Positions 39,765-49,681 of a DNA stretch of 64,000 nucleotides are shown here, one piece after another (the first letter of the stretch is position 1; the number at the start of each line of letters is the position of its first letter). Origin of the DNA: Alkalispirochaeta sp. (GTDB taxonomy: Bacteria > Spirochaetota > Spirochaetia > DSM-27196 > Alkalispirochaetaceae); the NCBI GenBank assembly GCA_965601925.1, contig OZ271854.1, positions 1,824,001 to 1,888,000 on the forward strand. The letters run 5' to 3'. The position numbers were made by a program, and so were the translations under genes. A model generated the notes under the pieces. It did no database searches. It saw nothing but the letters and a program-made list of their open reading frames with translations, and had not been told where the DNA came from.

Positions 39765-40705
39765 AGCTCTTCCTCGTGTCGGGGCCGGATAACGCTGATA
39801 AACACATCCTCCAGTGACGGAACGATCGCCGACACCGTCCGAATACCCTCGCGGAAGGCGCCGCCTGCGGCCTCGTGGAGCCGTCGGCGCGCCGCGTCGA
39901 CGGTCAGGTGCGTGCCGAGGTGGAGGGTCCGTCCGAAGATCGAGGTTTCGACGACCCACGACTCTCCGCGCAGGGAGTGCGCCAGCGCCGCGACCTCGTC
40001 ACCGTGTACCTCGATTATCGTGTAGGGGATTTCGCGCCTCTTCAGGTCGGTGGGCGAGCCCTCCGCAACGATACGTCCGGCGTGCATGAGGCTGACGCGA
40101 TTGCAATACTCCGCCTCGTCCAGGTAATGGGTCGTGACGAGGACGGCGACGCCGCGGTCGGCGAGTGCGTTTATCAGATCCCAGAAATCGCGCCGCGATG
40201 CCGGGTCGACTCCACCGGTGGGCTCGTCGAGAAAGAGTACCGGCGGCTCGTGGAGCACGGCACACCCGAGCGCCAGGCGTTGTCGCCACCCACCGGAAAG
40301 CTCTGAAGTGAGCGTCTTTCGCCGCTCTTTCAGTCCCGCCATCTCCAGTACCCACGCCATACGCTGCGTTATCCGTCGCGACGACAGACCATAGAGCCCG
40401 CCGAAGAAGGTGATGTTTTCCTCAACGGTAAGGTCGCGATACAGGCTGAACTCTTGCGACATGTAGCCGATGTGCCGCTTGACCCCTTCCGGGTCGGTGT
40501 TGATATCGTGCCCGGCGACGCGCGCCGAGCCGCTCGAGGAGGCGAGGAGACCGCAGAGCATCCGAATCGTTGTCGATTTTCCCGCTCCGTTCGCCCCCAA
40601 GAGCCCGAAGATGCTCCCCTTATCGACCGCGAGGGTTACATCGTCGACCGCGGTAAAGGTCCCAAATACCTTGGTAAGATGCTCAGCATAGATCGCGAAC
40701 GCCAT
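39761..40705 (-). CDS. ABC exporter ATPase
   Basis: [17 protein letters not shown] and LDEPTGGVDP motifs. Confidence 0.93.
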   Translation of the reverse strand: MAFAIYAEHLTKVFGTFTAVDDVTLAVDKGSIFGLLGANGAGKSTTIRMLCGLLASSSGSARVAGHDINTDPEGVKRHIGYMSQEFSLYRDLTVEENITFFGGLYGLSSRRITQRMAWVLEMAGLKERRKTLTSELSGGWRQRLALGCAVLHEPPVLFLDEPTGGVDPASRRDFWDLINALADRGVAVLVTTHYLDEAEYCNRVSLMHAGRIVAEGSPTDLKRREIPYTIIEVHGDEVAALAHSLRGESWVVETSIFGRTLHLGTHLTVDAARRRLHEAAGGAFREGIRTVSAIVPSLEDVFISVIRPRHEEEL

Positions 40706-40706
40706 G

Positions 40707-42035
40707 TCACATCTCCGTCGCCGAAGCGTACATCAGATTGAGCCACGCCAGTTCTCGACCCACCGCCGCCGAGGTAAGGGCCAAACGCGCTTCGAGCAGG
40801 TCGACCTGGGCGTCGAGGAGATCCTCGTTGAGAGCCGTGCCGTTGTCGACTCGCACGGCCGTGTTGGCCACATGCTCTTCGGCCCGGAGTACCATCGTCC
40901 GCCCTAAGCGGACCTCCTGGGCCGAGGATGCCCAGTCGAGATAGGCGCTACGAATCTCGAGGCGCAGTCGGTCCTCAGCCGCGGTGAGAGAATGGCTTTG
41001 AGATTCGTATCGCGAGCGCGCCTGTTCGGCCCTGCGGTGCACACGGGGGATGGCGCCGATCGCCACGCGACCGACGACGCCGAGTAGCCACGAGTCCTCG
41101 AAGCTGTCGGGAGGTAGGAACAGGGCGCCGTTTGGGCGCGCATATGTGTAGCTCCCGGTAACGAAGAGCTCGGGATAGTATGCCGACCGTTCGAACGCCA
41201 CGGCGTGGCCCTCCGCGTCGAGGCGGCCTCGCAGTGCGCGAATGTCCGGTCGATCCGAGAGGCCGCGGGAGACCAGCTCGTCGAGATCCGCCGGAGCGGC
41301 ACTACGCTCCGGAAGCGATGAGGTCGGAACGACCGTTCGTCCCGGGTCCTCACCGATGCGTACCGCGAGGTCGGCCATGGCAAGCGCCACAGCGTTTCTC
41401 CCCTCGATGACATCCAACTCCGCTTCCGCGAGACGCATCTCTACCGTCAGGACCTCGTTCCTGGTGACCAACCCCTGGTCGAAGTGTCGCCCTATCGTCT
41501 CGAGATTGACCGCTACCTGATCCCTGCGTTCAACAAAGGCCTCCTGTCGCCGCCCGGCCTCCAGTAGATGCCAATACGACCGTTGCAACTCGAGTTCGGT
41601 GATCGTTCGACGCCACAGCTGATCGAGGGTCTCGGCCCGCCTCAGCGCGTCGGTCCTGGCGACGTCACTCGAGAGGCGGCCGCCGAGAAAGATCGGCTGC
41701 TGCACCGAGAGTGCGATCGAGGTCACCTCGGTGACGTCCTCACCGAGAGTTATCACGCCCATCGAGGTGTCGACCTCGACCGGATCCTGCTCCTCGATTC
41801 GCATGTAACTGCCCTCGACGGTAAGGTCCGGTAGGCGAGCGGCCCGCGACGCTTCGTTGCCGGCGACGGCGGCGGCCACCAGGCTCTCTCCGGCTGCCAA
41901 CAACGAATCGGTCTGCAGGGCGAGCACCACGGCCCGGTCGACGGTGAGTTCGAGAGGCTCGTCGTGCTGGGCCAAGAGTGGGGCGACCGCGTTCATCAGG
42001 GTCAGAACTCCGAGTGTTACCGTGCGTACGATCAT
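40707..42035 (-). CDS. TolC-family outer-membrane efflux protein
   Basis: Signal peptide, duplicated OEP helical repeats (RLPDL, YYPEL, RPDI). Confidence 0.88.
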   Translation of the reverse strand: MIVRTVTLGVLTLMNAVAPLLAQHDEPLELTVDRAVVLALQTDSLLAAGESLVAAAVAGNEASRAARLPDLTVEGSYMRIEEQDPVEVDTSMGVITLGEDVTEVTSIALSVQQPIFLGGRLSSDVARTDALRRAETLDQLWRRTITELELQRSYWHLLEAGRRQEAFVERRDQVAVNLETIGRHFDQGLVTRNEVLTVEMRLAEAELDVIEGRNAVALAMADLAVRIGEDPGRTVVPTSSLPERSAAPADLDELVSRGLSDRPDIRALRGRLDAEGHAVAFERSAYYPELFVTGSYTYARPNGALFLPPDSFEDSWLLGVVGRVAIGAIPRVHRRAEQARSRYESQSHSLTAAEDRLRLEIRSAYLDWASSAQEVRLGRTMVLRAEEHVANTAVRVDNGTALNEDLLDAQVDLLEARLALTSAAVGRELAWLNLMYASATEM

Positions 42036-42991
42036 GGTGTACCTCCGGTGGTTCGAGGAGTGTAGGCGACGAGTGAGAGATAGACGTTCTCCAGGGTGGG
42101 CGTGATTCGTCGGGCGTCGATAACCCCGACACCGCCCGCTTCGAGGGAGGCGCGGAGCTCCGTCGGTAGAACGGCTTCCTCGGCGTTTGAGGCGGACGGA
42201 AGACGAAGGTTGAGGCGATCGCCCAAGAGATACGCCTCAACCACCCCCGCACCGATGTGGCGTTCGATGATCTTACGCGCACGGCGCGGATCGGTGCAGA
42301 CCACCTCGACCATATCGCCCTCGATCGTCGTGCGAGCGTCCTCGGGGGTTCCTACGAAGAGAAACTCGCCCTCTCGAAGGAGCCCCACACGGTGACATCG
42401 CTCGGCTTCGTCGAGATACGGAGAGGTTACGACGATGGTGAGCCCGGTTGTCAGCAGTTCTCCGAGGATCAGCCAAAAGTCGCGGCGCGAGACGGGATCT
42501 ACTCCTGTGGTCGGCTCGTCGAGAAGCAGGAGTTTCGGTTGATGAATGAGGGCGCACGCGAGGGCCAACTTTTTCTTCATCCCTCCGGACAGACGCCCCG
42601 CCAGACGATCGGCAAACGGCTCGAGACGGGTGAAGCCCAACAGCTGATCGCGATGTTTCCGATAGTGCCGTACACCGTAGATATCGGCGCGAAAACGAAG
42701 ATTCTCTTCCACCGAAAGGTCGCGATAAAGAGAGAAGCCCTGGGAGAGGTAGCCGAGATCGTTGCGGAGCGCCTTGCGACCCCCGGGAAGCCGGAGGCCT
42801 AAAGCCTCAATCTCTCCGCGATCCGGTCTAAGGACGCCCGAGATGATCCGGAGGAGGGTCGTCTTTCCCGCGCCGTCGGGCCCGATGAGCGCGAACATCT
42901 CGCCGGACTGCACATCCAGCGAAACACCTTTGAGTGCCTCTACCTCGCCGTAAGATTTGGACAGTGTCCGAAGTGAGAGTGCGCACTCCAT
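42032..42991 (-). CDS. ABC exporter ATPase
   Basis: GPDGAGKTT, LSGGMKKK and LDEPTTGVDP motifs. Confidence 0.93.
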   Translation of the reverse strand: MECALSLRTLSKSYGEVEALKGVSLDVQSGEMFALIGPDGAGKTTLLRIISGVLRPDRGEIEALGLRLPGGRKALRNDLGYLSQGFSLYRDLSVEENLRFRADIYGVRHYRKHRDQLLGFTRLEPFADRLAGRLSGGMKKKLALACALIHQPKLLLLDEPTTGVDPVSRRDFWLILGELLTTGLTIVVTSPYLDEAERCHRVGLLREGEFLFVGTPEDARTTIEGDMVEVVCTDPRRARKIIERHIGAGVVEAYLLGDRLNLRLPSASNAEEAVLPTELRASLEAGGVGVIDARRITPTLENVYLSLVAYTPRTTGGTP

Positions 42992-42992
42992 C

Positions 42993-43967
42993 TTAACCCT
43001 CCGCCGGCGCTACCGAAAGACGGGCGTCCGCCGGCATTCCGATCTTGAAGACGCCGTCCGGGTTGGGAATCTCGATCTCCACGGCATAGACCAGTTGTGT
43101 CCGCTCCTCGGCGGTCTGCACATTGCGTGGGGTGAACTCCGCCTCATCGGCGATGCGTCGTACGCGGCCGATGAATTGTCTGTTCGGGAGGCCGTCGACG
43201 GAGATGTACGCCTCCTGGTCCAAGTACACGTGGGCGAGCCGTGGGCCGGGGATGTAGATCGTCAGATACACGGTCGACAGATCCGCGAGTCGTACCAAGG
43301 GTGTTCCTTGCGTGACGTACTCGCCCTCTTCGACAAACCGCGTAACGACCGCTCCGTGACGCGGCGCATAGACCGTCGTGTCGTCGAGGCGATTCTGGTA
43401 ACGCAGAACGGCGATCCGTGCCTCCTCGACGTGCGCTTCGGCGCGTTGGACCTCCTCCGGTCTCGCTGCAACCAGGCGCCGATACGCTGCGCGCGCCGAA
43501 CGGAGCGCGGCCTCGGCTTGGCGAAACGAGGTCTCGGCGCTGTCTCGATCGCTTGTAGTTGCGCTGCCGGACTCAAAGAGTCGCTGGGTCCGCTCGAAGG
43601 TGCGTCGTGCCAACTCGAGCGACTCCTCGATTCGCGCCACCTCAGCCTGCGCCTGGAGCAGGTCCTCTTCGCGGGCCCCTTCGCGTACCATCGCGAGCTC
43701 GGCTTCGGCCGCCACGAGGCGCTGTCGCCCCTGGGCCAACTCCAGTTCGTAGTCGATGGGGTCCAACCTCACCAGGGTCGCTCCCCGTTCGACGCGGCGT
43801 CCCTCATCGGCGTCAACCGCTACGACCAGACCGGAAACTTCGGCGGAAACGACCACATCGATCGCCTCCATCGTGCCGGAGCCGAATACCGCTCCGTCGC
43901 CGTCGGCACACCCCACCAGTACACCGATGATGAGTGTCGTCGCGATCCGGTATGTTCCGTTTGACAT
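42993..43967 (-). CDS. HlyD-family periplasmic adaptor (YbhG-like), lipoprotein
   Basis: LVGC lipobox, lipoyl half-motifs, AEFTPRNVQT...LVY, GMPAD; AGGAGG RBS. Confidence 0.92.
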   Translation of the reverse strand: MSNGTYRIATTLIIGVLVGCADGDGAVFGSGTMEAIDVVVSAEVSGLVVAVDADEGRRVERGATLVRLDPIDYELELAQGRQRLVAAEAELAMVREGAREEDLLQAQAEVARIEESLELARRTFERTQRLFESGSATTSDRDSAETSFRQAEAALRSARAAYRRLVAARPEEVQRAEAHVEEARIAVLRYQNRLDDTTVYAPRHGAVVTRFVEEGEYVTQGTPLVRLADLSTVYLTIYIPGPRLAHVYLDQEAYISVDGLPNRQFIGRVRRIADEAEFTPRNVQTAEERTQLVYAVEIEIPNPDGVFKIGMPADARLSVAPAEG

Positions 43968-43977
43968 GGCCGACCTC

Positions 43978-44637
43978 CTATTCTTGTAGGTGCTCGCGCC
44001 CCCGTTCCGTGAGAATTCCGGTATTACACAGCCGAAGGAGCAACGCAGCGATGTCCTGGGGCCCCACACTCAGCCTCATGAGCAGATCGGGAGTGAGAAC
44101 GTTCTGGTAAATGGCTTGAACAAAGGTCACAAGCAGGCGTGGGTGGACCCGATCGTCAACCGTGCCCTCCTCGATCCCGCGGCGCACCGCCCTCTCGATA
44201 CGACTCAGGACGCGTTCTCGACGGAAGCGGTCGATCTCTTCCCAGACTTCGGGTGCGTAGCGGGACAAGTCGGTCATGAAACGCGGGCTGATACCACCGA
44301 CGTAATGTATGATTTCGCCCAACAGGCGCTGAAACGTCTGTGGAAAGGGCGCGCCGCCGTCGAAAATCGGCGTCAGGTGAGTGTCGATATCGTGGATAAG
44401 CGACCTGGCGACCTCCATGACGATCTGATTCTTGGTATCGAAGAGTCGGTAGAGCGTCTTCTTGCTCATTCCGAGCTCTTTCGCCAAGTCTTCGGTTCGG
44501 ACGGTACTAAAGCCCTCCGCCATAAAGCGGCGTCGCGCCAAGGTGACGATACGGCGGCGGGCAGCGACATCGGAACTCCCGCCGGGTGTATCGCTGTGTT
44601 GATCTGAAGAAACTTTGTTAGTTTCTTGAGTTTCCAT
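43978..44637 (-). CDS. TetR/AcrR-family transcriptional regulator
   Basis: GF...EDLAKELGMSKKTLYRLFDTK helix-turn-helix. Confidence 0.93.
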   Translation of the reverse strand: METQETNKVSSDQHSDTPGGSSDVAARRRIVTLARRRFMAEGFSTVRTEDLAKELGMSKKTLYRLFDTKNQIVMEVARSLIHDIDTHLTPIFDGGAPFPQTFQRLLGEIIHYVGGISPRFMTDLSRYAPEVWEEIDRFRRERVLSRIERAVRRGIEEGTVDDRVHPRLLVTFVQAIYQNVLTPDLLMRLSVGPQDIAALLLRLCNTGILTERGREHLQE

Positions 44638-44672
44638 GTATCAAAGTTACTCCCGTTCTTCGTATCTGTCAA
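44607..44672 (-). promoter_or_regulatory. Promoter and probable TetR operator of the efflux operon
   Basis: TTGACA(44672)-17 nt-TAACTT(44649-44644); perfect inverted repeat AAGAAACT-N5-AGTTTCTT at 44607-44627. Confidence 0.7.
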
Positions 44673-44782
44673 CGAGTATTCTCATGGACCGTGGATACGT
44701 TGTTCCGTGAGGAAGATACCGGCGCCGGATCATTCCGCGGAGGAACACACCCGACGCCGGTCGTCGTTTTGGTCTGTGCCGA

Positions 44783-45853
44783 TCAGTTTCCGGCGTCGAG
44801 CAGCTCGATCTCGAAGACCAAAAATGCGTTTGGTGGAATGACGCCGCCCGCGCCTTGCGAACCGTAGGCGAGCTCGGGCGGGAGTACGATGGTGCGCATC
44901 TCGCCCTCGCGCATGTCGGCGACGACTATGTCCCAGCCCCGTATGACCCGTCCGGCCCCTACGGGAAACTGGAACGGTCCGCGCTGTCGGCTGGAGTCGA
45001 ATACGCGTCCGTCCAGGAACCGTCCGGTGTAGTGCACGGTAACCTCTCGACCTCGACGAGGACGTGCACCGCGTCCTTCTCGATCGATGCGTACCCAGAT
45101 GCCGTTCTCGTCGCGCGTTGCGCCGGGAAACTCTTCCTCGATCAGCGTGATCGTTTCGCGTTGCGCCTCTTCACGGGTCGCACGCGCGCGCTCCTCGGCT
45201 CCCGATACCGCAGCGTCGAAAGACGCCTGGTCGGTGGTAAACGCCTCCGCCTCGGCCCCTACTCGTACGATCTCCACTCGTTCGATGCGATCTCCCTGAC
45301 GTATCGCATCGACGACGTTCTGACCCTCCACCACTTCACCGAAGACCGTGTGCCGGTCGTCGAGCCACGGTGTCTCGACGTGAGTAATAAAAAACTGACT
45401 GCCGTTCGTTCCCGGTCCGGAGTTTGCCATGGAGAGAACGCCCGGGCCGTCGTGGCGCAGGCTGGGGTGAAACTCGTCGGCGAAGCGGTATCCCGGGCCC
45501 CCGGTTCCGTTTCCCGCCGGATCGCCGCCCTGGATCATGAAATCGTCGATGACGCGGTGGAAGGTCAAGCCGTCGTAAAAACGGTCGCTCCCGTCGCGGT
45601 TGTGCTCGACGGTACCTTCGGCGAGGCCGACGAAGTTAATCACCGTCAACGGCGTTCGCTCATATTCCAGTCGGACGAGGATATCACTGCGTCCGCCGGT
45701 CGTGCGGTTGGTCACGATTCGGGCGTACAATCCCGGTGCGAGTCCCTCCTGCGACGAAACGGGGGTCGCAAGCATACCGAATAAGAGTGCGCCGGCAAGC
45801 GCAACATCCAACGTGCCGTGTAGACGATTCTGCCGTCTATGCTCCAAGCTCAT
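44783..45853 (-). CDS. Exported peptidyl-prolyl isomerase, cyclophilin + FKBP fusion
   Basis: [14 protein letters not shown] and [17 protein letters not shown] (cyclophilin); VHYTG...FDSS...VIRGWD...LAYG (FKBP). Confidence 0.95.
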   Translation of the reverse strand: MSLEHRRQNRLHGTLDVALAGALLFGMLATPVSSQEGLAPGLYARIVTNRTTGGRSDILVRLEYERTPLTVINFVGLAEGTVEHNRDGSDRFYDGLTFHRVIDDFMIQGGDPAGNGTGGPGYRFADEFHPSLRHDGPGVLSMANSGPGTNGSQFFITHVETPWLDDRHTVFGEVVEGQNVVDAIRQGDRIERVEIVRVGAEAEAFTTDQASFDAAVSGAEERARATREEAQRETITLIEEEFPGATRDENGIWVRIDREGRGARPRRGREVTVHYTGRFLDGRVFDSSRQRGPFQFPVGAGRVIRGWDIVVADMREGEMRTIVLPPELAYGSQGAGGVIPPNAFLVFEIELLDAGN

Positions 45854-47031
45854 AGAGCCTCCTGTCGTGAAATACGTTGCACCCGGACGATCCCGTCGAT
45901 CCCTCGTAGCCGCTCTACAACGCCGTCGTCGATCGAGCCGTCCACATCGATGATGTTGTAGGCGAGATCGCCTTTATGGCGATTGAGCAGGTCGGCGATG
46001 TTGATACCCTCTTCCGCGAGTATCGTCGTCACCTGTCCTACCATATTGGGAACATTACGGTTGGCGAAGACGAGACGGTCGCCGCCGTTGCCGTCCATGG
46101 CGCAGTTGGGAAAGTTTACACCATTGTTGATATTGCCGCGTTCCAGATACTCGACCAGTTGCCGTGAGGCCATGATCGCTGAGTTGGTCTCGGCCTCGGG
46201 AGTCGATGCTCCCAAGTGAGGTATCGGTATAACCCCCTCGACACCGATCAAAGCCGCCTCGGGAAAATCGGTAACGTAGCGTGCGACGACGCCCGACTCG
46301 ATGGCTTCGAGTATCGACGGATTGTCGACGAGCTCTCCCCGGGCAAAGTTAAGCACGCGTAAGCCGGTTTTGGCGCGCTCGAGCAGGGACGAGTCTATGA
46401 TGCCTCGCGTATCGTCGTTGAGTGGAGCGTGGATCGTGAGGTAGTCGGCCTCGGCCACCAGAGCCTCCAAGCTCCGGGCGCGACGTACCGACCGCGAAAG
46501 TCCCCAGGCGCTCTCGATGGACAGAAAGGGATCGAAGCCGATGACCTGCATTCCGAGGGCCTCGCACGCATTGGCGACCATGACGCCGATAGCGCCCAGC
46601 CCGACGACGCCGAGCGTCTTACCCGCGACCTCGGGGCCGGCGAAGCGGCTCTTTCCCGCCTCTACCTCCTTGGCAACTTCCACCTCATGCGGCACGAGGT
46701 CCGCCACCCATCGACACCCCTCAAAAATACGGCGCGATGAGATCATCAGGGCGGCGATAACCAGCTCTTTGACGCTGTTGGCGTTGGAGCCCGGCGTGTT
46801 GAACACCGCGATACCGGCGTCGGTGCACCGCTGTAAGGGAATGTTATTCACCCCGGCGCCCGCCCTGGCGATCGCTTTGAGACGCTCCCCGAACGGCTCA
46901 TCGTGGAGCTTCGCGCTGCGGACGATGATACCGTCGGGATCTTCGATGTCCGGGCCCACCTCGTGACCCCGGGCCGTGATGACGGCGAGGCCCTCGGGGG
47001 CAATGTGGTTGTATGTGCGGATCCGTGCCAT
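45850..47031 (-). CDS. serA: D-3-phosphoglycerate dehydrogenase with ACT domain
   Basis: [27 protein letters not shown] motifs and ACT motif NRNVPNMV. Confidence 0.9.
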   Translation of the reverse strand: MARIRTYNHIAPEGLAVITARGHEVGPDIEDPDGIIVRSAKLHDEPFGERLKAIARAGAGVNNIPLQRCTDAGIAVFNTPGSNANSVKELVIAALMISSRRIFEGCRWVADLVPHEVEVAKEVEAGKSRFAGPEVAGKTLGVVGLGAIGVMVANACEALGMQVIGFDPFLSIESAWGLSRSVRRARSLEALVAEADYLTIHAPLNDDTRGIIDSSLLERAKTGLRVLNFARGELVDNPSILEAIESGVVARYVTDFPEAALIGVEGVIPIPHLGASTPEAETNSAIMASRQLVEYLERGNINNGVNFPNCAMDGNGGDRLVFANRNVPNMVGQVTTILAEEGINIADLLNRHKGDLAYNIIDVDGSIDDGVVERLRGIDGIVRVQRISRQEAL

Positions 47032-47102
47032 GACGCGGCAAGGCTACACTGTTGCGCGGTCAGTTTCAACGCACGGGTGTTTTCGCTATACTCGTCCACG
47101 CA

Positions 47103-48410
47103 GTGCGGCTCTCAACATTTGGACGTACCTTCGGCGGTCCCACCGGGATTATGGATCTCATGGACGATATGGGCCGCGCCCTCGCCGGCGACGAGAAGAA
47201 GTACATGCTCGGCGGCGGCAATCCCGCGAAAATCCCGGCGGTCGAGGCGTTGTGGCGTTCGCGTTTGACGGAACTCCTCGATCAGGGCGACGCGGTGGAG
47301 CGAATGCTGGGGGACTACGGCCCGCCCCAGGGACATCCGGCCTTCATCGAAGCGCTCGCACACCTTCTTAACCGTGAGTTCGGCTGGAATCTCACGTCCC
47401 GTAACGTCGCGGTGACCAACGGTAGCCAGACCGCATTTTTCCTTCTTCTCAATATGCTGAGCGGAGCCGACGGCCCTCTTTCGGACGGTACGCGGCGGCG
47501 GATACTCTTTCCCCTGTTGCCGGAGTATATCGGCTATGCCGATCAAGGGCTGACCCCCGGCTGCTTCGTCGCCTGCCGTCCCATCGTCGATCGCCTCGAC
47601 GAGCATACCCACAAGTATCGCGTCGACTTTGACGCCGTGGCGGGTCAACTGGAGGGCGGTCGCTCGGGCCGCGCCGACCCGATCGGCGCGATATGCGTCT
47701 CCCGTCCGACAAACCCGTCGGGAAACGTCCTTACCGACGAGGAGATGCACCGCCTGGACGAGCTTGCACGGCAATACGACGTCCCCTTGATTGTGGACAA
47801 CGCGTACGGTGCACCCTTTCCCGACATCGTTTTCGACGATGCCACCGATGGACCGGTCGGGCCTATCTGGAACGAGAATATCGTGCTCGGCATGAGTCTC
47901 TCCAAGGTCGGGTTGCCCGGGGTCCGCACGGGAATAATCGTCGCTTCGTCGGACATCGTAACCGCTCTCAGCCGGGCCAATGCGGTGTTGAGTCTCGCCA
48001 ACACCGCGGTGGGGCAGGCGCTCACCGAGCCGCTGGTTCGCTCCGGTGCCATATTGTCGATCGCTCGTGAGGCGATCCGACCGTTTTATCGTGCGCGCGC
48101 CCGGGAGGCGCGGCGCTTACTCCACGAGGCGTTCGATAGCGATGTCACGTTTTCCCTTCATCGCGTGGAGGGCTCGATATTTCTCTGGCTGTGGCTGCCG
48201 GAGCTGCCCGTTTCGAGCCGCGAGCTGTACGATCGCCTCAAGCGACGAAACGTGCTCGTCGTCCCAGGTGAGTATTTCTTTTTCGGCGCCGCCGACGATT
48301 GGCGCCACTCCCGACAATGTATCCGCATTAACTACGGGCAGGAGAGCCGAGACGTGGCGGAGGGAATCGGTATCATCGCGGACGAGGTCATCACCCTTTG
48401 TCGACGTTAG
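47103..48410 (+). CDS. avtA: Valine--pyruvate aminotransferase
   Basis: LGGGNPA, TNGSQTAFF, PEYIGY, SRPTNPSGNV, DNAYG and SLSKVGLPGVRTG motifs. Confidence 0.92.
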   Translation: MRLSTFGRTFGGPTGIMDLMDDMGRALAGDEKKYMLGGGNPAKIPAVEALWRSRLTELLDQGDAVERMLGDYGPPQGHPAFIEALAHLLNREFGWNLTSRNVAVTNGSQTAFFLLLNMLSGADGPLSDGTRRRILFPLLPEYIGYADQGLTPGCFVACRPIVDRLDEHTHKYRVDFDAVAGQLEGGRSGRADPIGAICVSRPTNPSGNVLTDEEMHRLDELARQYDVPLIVDNAYGAPFPDIVFDDATDGPVGPIWNENIVLGMSLSKVGLPGVRTGIIVASSDIVTALSRANAVLSLANTAVGQALTEPLVRSGAILSIAREAIRPFYRARAREARRLLHEAFDSDVTFSLHRVEGSIFLWLWLPELPVSSRELYDRLKRRNVLVVPGEYFFFGAADDWRHSRQCIRINYGQESRDVAEGIGIIADEVITLCRR

Positions 48411-49660
48411 GGGACAAACGCACCACGTGGGGAGTCGCCTCCTTCGCTATCGCCGTTTTATGCGCCTTCGTCGTCCGCCAAGTGTGGTTGTCCGGCATCG
48501 GTATGGAGCCTTCGGCGACGGGCAATCGCTCGTTGGTCTTCATTGCTTTGGGAGGCTCGGGGCTCGCCGGCTGGTTCGGTCACGCCTCCTATCCGCGCGT
48601 CCACAACTTCAAGGTGTACGCCTTGAGCATCGCGATCGCAACGGTCTCGTTCGCGGCGATCGTACCGGTTTTCGGGCTTTCGTCCGTTATCGGCCCGGGA
48701 GCCGCGGATATCCATTCCGCGGCGGTCTTTCTCGGTTTCGGCACGATCCTATGCACGATGGTGCTCACCACCGTGGCGCCGGAGTATCTCCGATACCGTA
48801 GTACGGTACGACTCACCGTCGCCCTCGTGCTCATCATCGCCGCGACCTTCGCGGCGGGTCTCACGATGGTCGAGCTTCGCATCGCGTTGGCCGAGCAGTT
48901 TCGTGCGCTACTCGACGGATCATCGACCGCATTTTGGGCGTTTACGATACTTGCCGGTGCGGTTTTCGTGCTTTCTTTGACTATGGAGATGCAGAGCTTC
49001 GGAATCGGCGGTGTGCACGCCGGGGGAGCGCTGCTCCTCGCCTCGGCGTGGCTCCTACCCGAAGGAGACATCCTCTTGTACGGCCTGGTTCTCGCCGTGT
49101 TGCCGCTTTTCGTCGCCGTCGGAACGCTCATACACTGGTTTCGGCGCCTGGAAAACCGCGCCTCCTACGATCCGCTGCTGCGTATCTATAACCGCGGGTG
49201 GGCCGACGAGGTGCTCTCCGAGCAGAGTCGTCTGGATACCAGAGCTCCGTTCGCGATTGCGCTCGTCGATTTGGACCACTTCAAAAAGATCAACGACACC
49301 CACGGCCACGACGCCGGGGATGCGGTACTGCAGGAGATTGCGCAACGAATTCGCTCCACGGTCGTGCCGCAAGGAAGCGTCGCGCGATTCGGGGGCGAAG
49401 AGATTGTCGTGTTTCTCCCGGAGACTGAGCTCGAGCAGGCGCGATCGCTCATGGAGATCGTTCGTCAGGCCGTGGAGGCGTCTATCGTGGGACATCGAAA
49501 GAAGAAGATATCCGTGACGTGCAGTATCGGTCTTGCGGTGCGCCAAGAACGAGACCAGTCGCTATCGATGGTGTTGAAGGCCGCCGACCGCGCCTTGTAC
49601 ACCGCAAAGGGCGGCGGCCGCAACCAGGTGCGCGTCGGACGACTTCGGCGCCGCTCGTAG
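48398..49660 (+). CDS. Membrane-bound diguanylate cyclase
   Basis: About 8 TM helices; DLDHFKKINDTHGH, RFGGEEI, ADRALY and GRN; no RxxD I-site. Confidence 0.9.
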   Translation: MSTLGDKRTTWGVASFAIAVLCAFVVRQVWLSGIGMEPSATGNRSLVFIALGGSGLAGWFGHASYPRVHNFKVYALSIAIATVSFAAIVPVFGLSSVIGPGAADIHSAAVFLGFGTILCTMVLTTVAPEYLRYRSTVRLTVALVLIIAATFAAGLTMVELRIALAEQFRALLDGSSTAFWAFTILAGAVFVLSLTMEMQSFGIGGVHAGGALLLASAWLLPEGDILLYGLVLAVLPLFVAVGTLIHWFRRLENRASYDPLLRIYNRGWADEVLSEQSRLDTRAPFAIALVDLDHFKKINDTHGHDAGDAVLQEIAQRIRSTVVPQGSVARFGGEEIVVFLPETELEQARSLMEIVRQAVEASIVGHRKKKISVTCSIGLAVRQERDQSLSMVLKAADRALYTAKGGGRNQVRVGRLRRRS

Positions 49661-49681
49661 CTACCTTGAGGTCGCGTTGCG

